The notes beneath the pieces were generated by a model that did no database searches, was not told the DNA's origin, and saw only the letters and a list, made by a program, of their open reading frames with translations. This document shows positions 53,917 to 64,000 of a stretch of 64,000 bases of DNA, piece by piece (the first letter of the stretch is position 1; every line of letters begins with the position of its first letter). Source of the stretch: Adineta vaga (lineage: Eukaryota; Animalia; Rotifera). The stretch is from assembly GCA_021613535.1 (NCBI GenBank), contig CP075496.1:10974001-11038000 (forward strand), written 5' to 3'. The position numbers were made by a program, and so were the translations under genes.

Positions 53917-55793
53917 ATGGTACGTATCAGATTTTTTTCTTCAAGAAAAAAAGAAATTTTCTTAATGGAATTGAATCGATTAGTAATAACCAATGTCTAT
54001 TCTTTTCAGAGATAAGAATTATGAATGCATCATTGACTTTGAGATTGATTGACAACACTTCGATATAAAATTGCATAGAAATTAACTTTTGAAAAACTAC
54101 TTTTGTTTTTTTTCTTTCAAAAACAACCATGTTTTTATCGTTAGAATTACGTATATTTGTTCATTTCTTTAATTTAAATATTTAGAATCTTGATTCAATT
54201 CATCATCATTATGGTGTAATAATTGTTCTTATAACATTTCTAAGTCGAGTTGTATTTAATGGATTTTGTTGGAGTTATGGAACAGTTATTGTGGAATACA
54301 AAAAACAAAATTCAACTTTATCGGATACTGAAATGAGTATGTTATCTAACTTTCTTAGGACATAAGATAAGAAAATATTTTTTTGATTTAGGTTGGATTG
54401 GAAGTGTTGGTCAAAGTTTTGGTGGTATTCTTGCACCATTAATACTTTTGTGTAGTCATCGATTTGGATATCAATTATCATTTGTTGTATCATTAATTAT
54501 TTGTATTGCGTCTTTATTTTTCTCATCGATGGTAAAAAATCTTCATTGGCTTTTGTTAACATATTCACTTCCGTATGGTTTTGCTAATGCATCTATCTTC
54601 ATTCTTGGAACATTAGTTTGTGGTCTATACTTTCCTGCTGGTCAACACCCAAAACATATATTTGTCATGTGTATTATTTCAACTGGATTTCCAATTGGTT
54701 ATCATATCATGAGTGCATATATGTTTTCTACAATTCGAGAAAATGGTTGGCAATCAATGAAAAGACGTGTTGCTCTTATTGAATTACTAGTTACATGTCT
54801 TATTGGTCCATTATTTACAACAAAAGGTCTATTAAATTCTGCACAAGGATATCAATATCCAACGACACCTTTGATTCCAGGCAATAATCGAAAAATTTAT
54901 TATTCAAAACCGATCATTTATTGGATGTTAGGCATATTCTCTGCAATGTGTGCTGTGAACAATTTTCTTCTTCATTTGGTACGTATTTATCTATGAAATT
55001 TTGAGAGAGAAAAAAAAAAGAATCTACAAATAGCAATTTTTGAGAAACAAAAGATGCAAAAAGACATTAGTTTTTAATTGAAATAAAAATTTCCGTTTTC
55101 TATTTTCTTTTCAGCATAGTCATCTGGAATATTTACTTATGTCACCAGCACGCGCTGATCTTTGGTTTCGTTTACATGGTTTATTTGATGCATTATTTCG
55201 TTTATCAATTCCACTTTTGATTCGTTTTTATCCAATTGATATTATTTATTTATTTCCAGCAAGTGTTTTCACGGGTTTAATTGTTTTAACATTGACATTT
55301 GGTTTACTCTATACGAGTTTAAATGCATTAGCAATTTTACCAATTATTTGTAAGTGAAATTGTCTTTTTCTCGGAAGATTTTATGAATAATTTTGTTTTG
55401 ATTATAGTATTTAGCTTTACATCTGCTGTAGTCACAGCATTACAATATACAGTTTCGAATCGAATCTTTGAAGAAGATCGAACTGAACAAGGTTATATCT
55501 ATCATGTTATTATTACAAGTCTTGGAACAATTGTAGGTCCTGTTGTTGGAGGTAAGATATTTGAAGAAATGAAATATGAATGTATTGTATTTTGTTTTTT
55601 AGGTTTATTTCTTGATATGACAGGAAGTTATAAAGCAATCATTCCAACATCAATTTTCTTTCTATTCGTTAGTTTTATTTCATTTGGAGCAACAATATTA
55701 TTGTTAAATAAGAAAAAAGCGAACGAACTTGAAGAAAGTCAAACAGCATCGATTCATCAACATGATAATGTTGCATATGGTTCATCTTATTAA
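53917..55793 (+). CDS. MFS transporter, SLC16/monocarboxylate transporter-like
   Basis: ATG|GTACGT spliced to 54186 gives MNLDSIHHHYGVIIVLITF...SYG...EMSWIGSV...APL...HRFG. Also TYSLPYGF, multiple TM helices, and GPVVGGLFLDMTGSY. Confidence 0.8.
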
Positions 55794-55955
55794 ACTGATC
55801 AAAATGAGACAATTCTCATAGTAATCAAATCAATACTTTTGAACTTGTTTTCATTGCTTTAACATAGATACATATATCTGTATATGTAAAATCTTATTGT
55901 GAAAGTTAGATTTAGTTTGTCTATCTTAATGTTAAAAAAAAGCGTGTTCATTGTT

Positions 55956-56820
55956 TTATGGAATTTTATTTTCTATTTCTTGTTTTTTGTTTTGTTGTGC
56001 AAGTATTTGTGCGTTTCGATTTGGTTCACTTGTTTGAAGAAAGTGATCGTAACCATCACTATCACATTCAACTAATTGATCTAAACAGTTACTAAGAACA
56101 AGATTCATTCGATTTCGTTGTTCAATAGGTGATTGTGCATATTTAGTAATTAGTTTTCGTTGTCTTTCAAGACGTTTTTCATAATCTGATTGATTAGGAA
56201 GAGGATTTTGTAACCATTGATCGTTACTATTTTCTAATGGTGCTTTAAATTGTGGTAGTAAACAACCGTAGATATGCCGTTTTCTTTCATCAATAGGATT
56301 TTTTGATTGAATGTGAGATTGAGAATGATTAATTGAAGGAAGAGAATTTTCATCGATGTCGAGAATATGTTTTACACGAGTACGTTCTTTAATCGACATT
56401 TTTGATCGATAATAGATTTGTCGTCGAGTTTCTTTATGTAAATAATCAAACTGACGACGTAATTGTGTTCCACGAGCTATCTGTTGATGATCATACCAAC
56501 GTAGAAGATAAACAAGACGACAACGTTGTCGTTCAAATTCAGCAAAAAGTGAACGTTGTGTACGTGAGACAGGATCAAACCTAAAAAAAAACCAATTGAT
56601 TATATTGGATTTTCTCCATAAATCAAGTTTGGTAATCTTTAATGAAATAGAATTTCACAATCACCACATGCAAACAAAACACCGTAAGTGATTTTTCCAT
56701 ATCTTTTGGTTAAGAGTTCTCCACGTAGTTGAGTATCTAAGTGTCTATTGTGTATATTATTTTTCAACAATTAGAGCAATTGTTATTAGAATGAAATAAA
56801 ACTTCTTCTTTTATTTGCAT
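55956..56820 (-). CDS. Uncharacterised protein (5' exons tentative)
   Basis: ORF 55956-56399 extends in frame up to an acceptor at about 56580 (FDPVSRTQRSLFAEFERQRCRLVYLLRWYD). Two small upstream exons with compatible phases start at the ATG at 56820. Confidence 0.55.
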
Positions 56821-57444
56821 CGATGTATATGGATCTTTTTCGAAAATTTTTTATCGAACATATGGATGATTGCTTAGATAACGTCGTATAATAGAGATAA
56901 AAAAAAACATATTAACGCATAATGAAAGTCGTCAAGTACACTTTATTGTCTTCGTACAAAAATCTTTTTTCCCTTTCGATACATTTTGTGTATTATCTTG
57001 TGTTTTTTTTTCATTCATAAGATAGAAAGTATAAAAATAAATTTATGTTCATTTTCTATGAGAGAAAATATCTTTTTTATCACATATGTTTATATCGTGT
57101 TTTCTAACACTAAAAAGTATTACCGGAAAAATAAAACCTCTCAGTATATATAATACTGATATCAATCAATCGTATGAGAAGAATTATTTTACTTACTGTT
57201 TAAGAAGATCGTTAGGGTCGACGAGAACGTCATCCATACTTTCGATTGTTTGTGAAAAAAGAAAAAAGAAAATGAAATGAAAATAATACAATTGAAATTA
57301 ATCCAATTGCATTATGGACAAAATTTGCATATTTTTAATCATTAGAATTTGTTTGTTGCAAGAGAAAAAGAAGAAAACCTACACATTTTATTATGTATAA
57401 CAATAGTCGTCTGGTGACGGTTATTAGTTCGAGAAAGGCTGTTA

Positions 57445-58818
57445 TTAAAATCGTTGCTGTTGTGGTGGAATTGGAGGTGTTGCTTGTTGACGTGGTTGAT
57501 TGGGAAATGAACTTCTTTGTGGTCTAAATTGTGGTCGTGAATCTGGAAAAGGATGTTGTGGTCTCGGTGGCTGCGGCTGTTGTTGAAAACGTTGTTGTTG
57601 CTGTTGCTGTTGCTGTTGCTGAAAACGTTGTTGCTGTTGTTGTTGAAAATGTTGTTGTTGTTGAAAGAACTGTTGCTGTTGATGAAAATGTTGTTGTTGT
57701 TGTAGATTTTCTTGATAAGCTTGTTGTTGATAAACTTCCGTAACCAATTGTCTAACTTGTGCTTCGTTCATAACAAATCGTTGTCCATTCATTGTTACCA
57801 TGTAGTAAGCTTCCTGAGCATTACCATTAGTACCATCAGTACCATTAGTATCACTGGTACCATTCACTCCATCAGCACTGAAGCTAGAAGGATCTATATC
57901 ATCCATTGCTTCAATTAGAATTCCTTGAGCTGACATCATCGGATGATAATGTTGAACTCCGGGTTGATAAAACATCGGTCCTGGATGCATATGTTGCTGT
58001 TGCTGGTGAGCCTGAATAAATTCTTCAGGAATTCCTTGTCGGCGTTGTTGTTGTTGATGATGTTGATGGAAAAAGGCGGCAGCAGCACCGACTGGCATAG
58101 TTAGGACAGGTGGAGGAATGTAGTCTTGATTGGAAAAGAATTGAGAAGCATGCGAATGAAAATATTGTTGATGTTTATTACCATAAGCGTCAGACTGTGA
58201 TCTGTGGATTTTTGGTGGATCATCCGGTTCTTCGATGATTGGTTTTGGTGATGATGGATCTGGAGTATCATTTGAATCCTCATCAGGACCAAGTTCAACG
58301 ATCAGAGGACTCCTAACACCATTTTTATGTCCATTTTGATCATGTCGTGCTGAATCTCCTTTATTTGGATCTAAAATATGCGAAGATTAAAATGAATTGA
58401 TTTTCTAAACTAAACAAGACAAAATACGAACTAATTAGTTTTTGTAATGCATAGTAGAGTATTTCTCCTCCATCTGGTGAACGTCTGAGAAAATCATGTT
58501 TAGTTAATAATGCCAATGCTTGACCTTGAAGTTCCAATAACGGAAGAAAAGAAAATAATTACATAATTATCATTTCATATTTGACTTACCGTTCATTTCA
58601 AACTTTTCCACTGTTGCTTTTCTCAATTCAAATCTTTTACATTGTTCTTTTATCCATTGGTGTACTTCAATTGATGACCATTTTGTTACATCTTTCTTAT
58701 CGACAGATTTTGAAGGATGTTTGTCAATATCACCAACGGATAACGAATTTGCTATACCTTTCTTATTCCCGTTACCCATGGCTATAGCATTGGGAGTAGA
58801 GGTTGTTGTTGTTGTCAT
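57445..58818 (-). CDS. SAM/Pointed (PNT) domain protein with a Gln-rich tail and no ETS domain
   Basis: Exons 58818-58590, 58524-58432 and 58370-57445 join in frame. DVTKWSSIEVHQWI...[34 protein letters not shown] resembles the TEL/Yan PNT domain. Confidence 0.85.
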
Positions 58819-61800
58819 ATGCGTTATTGAATCTACGTTTTCTCTTTTCTCATACAATTCGACATTGATGTGGTGATGAATTGGCGACAAAAACCAATAA
58901 CAAACTACGAGACGTGTTGTTTATAGTCAAGAGCTGATGGTTACAACGTAGGAAATAACGAAAAAGAAAAAATATTAATATCAGAATAGACAAGTTTCTA
59001 CATTGAAATGAGTCAGCGAAAACGTCAGCAGAAAAAATACACAATCACACAGTCTCCTTGTTTTGTAACGTTTTTATTGTTTACCATATAATTGATCAAA
59101 ATTATCGATATATAATACAAAAGAAAATTTAGACATGGTTTGCTTTTCATTATTTTCACAAAACAAATGATATATTAACATATCTGACTAAAGATCAAAA
59201 TCTTTTTAGTTTTTTTTTGAACAGAATTAGATGACAGATATGATAACCATGACATCAGCCAATTTTTGTGAGGCTTTTTTTTCTATTTCATACCAACTAA
59301 TTCAGAGTCACTCAAGCATAGTTTTTCATTTAGGTATACAAGAATATGAAATATTTGATATTCACCTGTATACATGCATATTGCTTATTTACATAGATAC
59401 TATATAATTCAAAATTTGGTTCCGTAGTTTTTCAATTTTGTATAAAAAATAAAAGAAATTGAGCATCATCATTATTCAATATCGACGTCAATAATATACA
59501 TTATAATTTCTAATTATTCATCGATTGTACCGAGCAACAGACAGTTTCCTATTTTTTTTTATAATGATATAAATGAAGCAGATGTTAATTTGAATCGAAA
59601 GAGTTTCAATTGAAAATAATAAAGAAACATCGTTTTAATTTTATTCGAATATTCTCGGCGAATAATATGATTTACTGTAACTATTTAGAATTGAGCTGAG
59701 TATATGCTCAGCCGTTGTTCTTGAACATTTTATATGACAAAATATGTACAAAGCTGCAACAGAATCGAATATTTGTATTGATTTTTACTGTTTCAAATTA
59801 ATATAAAATAGATACCAAAGAAAAATGGCATGTGACATAAATCGTTATTACTAATTCTAATATTCATATAACTTAATAGTCATATTTCTGATCACAATGA
59901 TTTGTATTTTTTGAATAGTTCTGAGCAATGTTTGCATGTCATGTTATGAATGCAATTTTGATTTCATCAACTAATCGTTACTCTGTAGAGATTTATCTTC
60001 TTTAATATTCGTTGATAAATAGAACAACAAGTGAAGTAGAACAAATATATCAATAGAGATTTTTGATGAAGGATCGTAATGATTTCTCCAAATATAAATA
60101 GTATTTATGTACAAACAACGAAATCGTTCAAGAATATCGGATATCATCATTGAAGTTGATGTTCATAAGAAAACCAGGTTTGGATACGATCTATATCAAT
60201 AGGATGAATAGTATTTGTTCTCATCTTAATACTATGACACTGTTTCCTACATAACGTAGTACTCTATAAAAATACACAAATTAAAATTCGTCAGACATTT
60301 CGAGTCCTTTCAAAAGATTACTAATCTTAATACAACGAAGAAAAATTTACTATCTATTCAATTAAAATTAAATTAAACATGCAATTATAACGTTTAATAA
60401 TTGTTCATATTTACGAATAATACACACAATATTAGATCGTTACTGTTACTGAATTCGAAATGACTATGCTAACCAATGATTTGTTCTCTTGAGTACATAT
60501 AAAAATATAAATTAGTAATCGAAACTGTTAGCAGAATTGATTACTTAATTTTATAATGAATCTACAGTAGTAATTCTAGTTTGTAGGATATAAACTATAT
60601 TCAATTTCCGTTGAAAACATTTCATGCGACTTTTCATACGTACAGAATTATTTTCTCTAATCTGAACTTTTTTTGTCTAACCTCAATATGACGTATTCTG
60701 TATCTTTAGAGTACATTTTTTTTTTGAAAAGAAACACATTAACATTATCGAATCAATTAACTTGTCACCTAATATTTCTCTATCGAGATGATTGCCATTT
60801 ACATGGAATATTCAAGTGCATATTTAGTTGTTTGATATTGTCTCTTCTCAAATAATCTTCACATGTATAAATCCACTAACTGTCAGTATTTCTATAAGTA
60901 TAACTGAGTTATACAGATATTCTGTATACATATTTAACATCATTTCGATACGTATAAATCAATTTTCAAGGTTCGATCTATTAATATATAACTTGTTCAA
61001 TTGAACTACTAGTACATTTTGATATACATATCGTTCTATATGCTTATAAATGATGAAGCAACAATGTTTCGACCTTTTATAACTTTATATATTTATGCAA
61101 CTAGGAAAAAAAGACGTCTGTAGAATTAATTACTCATTTTCCTATTATTTTGACAGCTAGTTGATCAAATCGACAAAAAGACAGAGAGAGAGAGAGAGAA
61201 AGAAGGACATTCCCTCTGACGTCACATATTCTTTCTATGCTCATATATATTCTCACATTGATATAGATTCAAACCATATTATTGCACCTATACTTCACGA
61301 CATCAACGCAAAACGCTCATTTTCTACCAATCGTTATAACAGTGAATTTTGTTTCTTGGAACAAGAACGACAGTATCAAGTAAGATGATTATGATTATCA
61401 TTTGAATATGTAACTTCGAATAGGCCCCCTTTCTAAAAATCTGTAGTCAATTTTGATTGAAAATATTTCATATAAAATCAAACGATTTCGAGCTTGATTG
61501 ACATTTATTTGTCATATATAATTATAATCAACATCAAAACAACCATTCATTTGATTTAACAATTTCAAATGATCAATTTCGAATAGTTTTAAATAGTAAC
61601 AATTTTTCTATTCAAACTATAGTTTATAGAAAAATAAAAAGGAAGTCATGCTCATTTCTATACTGACTCATAATTCGTTTAAAAAAAATCGAAATTGAAA
61701 GACTATTAACATTATGGTTAGTAAACTGATTTTTATCAGTGCAAAAAAAAATTACTTTATGTTTTAGGAGCATTACGACTCAAGCATATAAAATATAGAG

Positions 61801-63308
61801 TGCTTTGAAAGATATCTGATAAGAAATCGGACATTTTGACTCAATACATTTGCACTATACACAATGACTTTTTAAAATCAAAATCGTTCTGTTCTTCCTT
61901 GACAAATGCAGCAAATCATTTGCTAATGTTAATTACTAGAGAAATTTATATATTTTGTTATCATAGTGATATATCATTTTTATATAAGATCGTCTAGATC
62001 ATTGTAATTACATACAGAGAACAAAACAATTATTTTAACAGTTGACAATTTCATATGACACCTGTACGGATAAATATTATATAAATGACAGACGATTTTT
62101 GTCGTTAATAATATTTATTGCGTCGAACGAAAACATATCAAAGTACGTAGATATTTTGTTTGATTTAGCCGTATTATTGTTAGTACAAAGAAATATTTCT
62201 AGGGCAAAGTATATTCGAGGTATTGACGTTAAAAGGTGATGACATGAATTGAAATGAACTTTCTTAATCGGAAACATTTTCAATTCCTTTTTCTACTCTT
62301 CTCTTCTCGTTTCGTTTCTTTAACAAAGCATGAAAAAAATTTATTTAAGGATTTAAGAAAATTGCCCTTGTTTAAGTCACATACACGGTAGTTATTAAAT
62401 GATGCAGACACTGCTTATCGTATACATCGTGTATATTTTCATTAACAGTATCTCATTTTAAAGCTCGAATCACATTTAGAAAAGTGCTTGTCTAAAGAGA
62501 GTGAAGCATGACTAAATGATATCTTAATATTCATCTATAAAATACAGATAAAGAAATATCATACTAGGCAGAGGTAAGTCTCTCTATATTTCACTTTTTT
62601 TCCTGTTCTATCAAATATTATTGAGAATGATAGGAAAAAATTGCATTGTAGACGCCTTCATTTCTGTCTCATCATCGAAGTGTCATGTATTGATGGCTAA
62701 TGGCAAGTATGGCCTGCCTAAATGAAACAAATCATACGATTGAATGCGGCGCGAAAAGAAAAAGAAAATGAATGTATAAATGGATAGATGTTTATCTATG
62801 TGCTGCTATATCGTGCCCATCAATCATATATAAAATATATATATGTGATTTGAAGGCAAGAAAACGTCAACACAGAAAAAGGAAGAATGAAAGAAGATTT
62901 GATGACGTCAATATTTGATAGACAATAGCTCATTAAAACCAATGTTCGTTTTCTTTTTTTTTTTTTTGAAAAACTGTCTTTTGATTTTGACCATGTCTGT
63001 TTGACAGAACAGAAAACAGGTAAGTATAGTTCTTTCTTTCCTCTCTTTCTTTTCGTATATTTGTATATATGTGTACATTTATGATCATAAACGTAATTAG
63101 ACGCCGCTCTTATGCTATTCATTGAAGCATGAATAAATGTATGGACGAATGTCTCTAGTTCAGATCATTTCATTTCATTCAGAAGCACACAAAGATGACC
63201 TCTTTGCTGTACCTGAATTACAAAATATATCTTGTCTTTTCTCTTTCATTGGTTTTAAGCACAAAGACGTCTTGATTATTCTATTCTCTTATTTCTACTC
63301 CTATAGAT

Positions 63309-64000
63309 ATGACTACTCGGGTCATTGATAGTCAATGGACAATTGAGTCTGTTCCATGGAGTATGCCACCACCACCACAACTTGTTTCAAGTAAAAATAA
63401 TTCACCTACCAATGCTTTTGGTGATTATATTTATCCAAAAAGTGAACGATTAGTAAGATCAATTGATTTCGTTTTTTGTTTTTGTCTAGTTTTGTTGATT
63501 AATTTCTTGTAGACGCCGACATATATGGGTAGTAATTTCCTTGAATTTCACAAGCTCTATAGCGATCGATCATTAATAACACCCAAACTACCAACAATAC
63601 AAAATGCAAACAAAATAATTAAAAAAACATTCAATCGAGAGTACCGAACATTAAATTGTTTGGGTAAGGGCGGTTTTGGACAAGCATTTGATGGACGACG
63701 ACGATCAGATAATACACAGGTTGTTATTAAATTTCTACCAAAAGATCGTATACTCAATTGGGGAACGTTCGATGGAGTATGCAAACGAATTTATTTCATT
63801 TCAAAAATCAATAAGAAAAGTTTTTTCATTTTCTTCTTCTGTAGAAACGTGTACCATATGAAATTGAAATTCTTTGGCGTCTTCGTGGTGTACCCGGTGT
63901 AATAAAAATCTTAGAACATTTTGAAGAACCAGATCGTTTTATTTATGTAATGGAGAAGATTCCTAATTCGTGTACACTATTCGATTTTGTGATGAAAAGT
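63309..64000 (+). CDS. PIM-like (PIM/PASK group) Ser/Thr kinase, 5' part
   Basis: LGKGGFG, GRRRSDNTQVVIKFLPKDRILNWG, RVPYEIEIL, VPGVIKILEHFE, VMEKIPNSCTLFDF. Runs off the window. Confidence 0.85.

Noticed and set aside
57531-57743. Val/Ala-rich plus-strand ORF
   Set aside because: Antisense shadow of the polyQ tract of the PNT gene.
59100-61100. Long intergenic region with small hairpins (for example GCTGAG-tatatg-CTCAGC at ~59695)
   Set aside because: Stems of 6-8 bp are expected by chance; no RNA gene or element was recognisable.

Overview
AT-rich (roughly 30% GC, judged by eye), gene-dense eukaryotic DNA with many short (about 45-70 nt) GT-AG introns. The metazoan gene content together with a non-metazoan-looking glycosidase points to a bdelloid rotifer; this is inference. 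About 23 protein-coding genes could be rebuilt by hand across introns. In order: CYP3-clan P450 (partial), secreted GH5 exo-beta-1,3-glucanase, a hexokinase-fold protein with all catalytic motifs degenerate, neuropeptide GPCR, NEDD4-family E3, phospholipase B1-like, 2-EF-hand protein, CHCHD4/Mia40, an orphan ORF, Kirre/Neph1-type Ig protein, FNDC3, TPPP/p25, Fos/ATF3-like bZIP, calaxin/EFCAB1-like, AHSA1, a 21-aa-repeat protein, a 2xRRM protein, a 45-aa Cys/His microprotein missed by the ORF track, SLC16-like transporter, an orphan, a Pointed-domain protein without an ETS domain, and a PIM-like kinase (partial). The best leads are: (1) a pseudo-hexokinase with a poly-Arg tail lying head-to-head with the likely horizontally acquired glucose-releasing GH5; (2) the two-cluster zinc microprotein; (3) the intronless Trp/His/Gly 21-aa repeat protein; (4) a 9-nt microexon and an alternative polyQ/N first exon in FNDC3. 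I recognised no rRNA, tRNA, CRISPR array or intact transposon. All homology calls come from motif recognition, not database searches.
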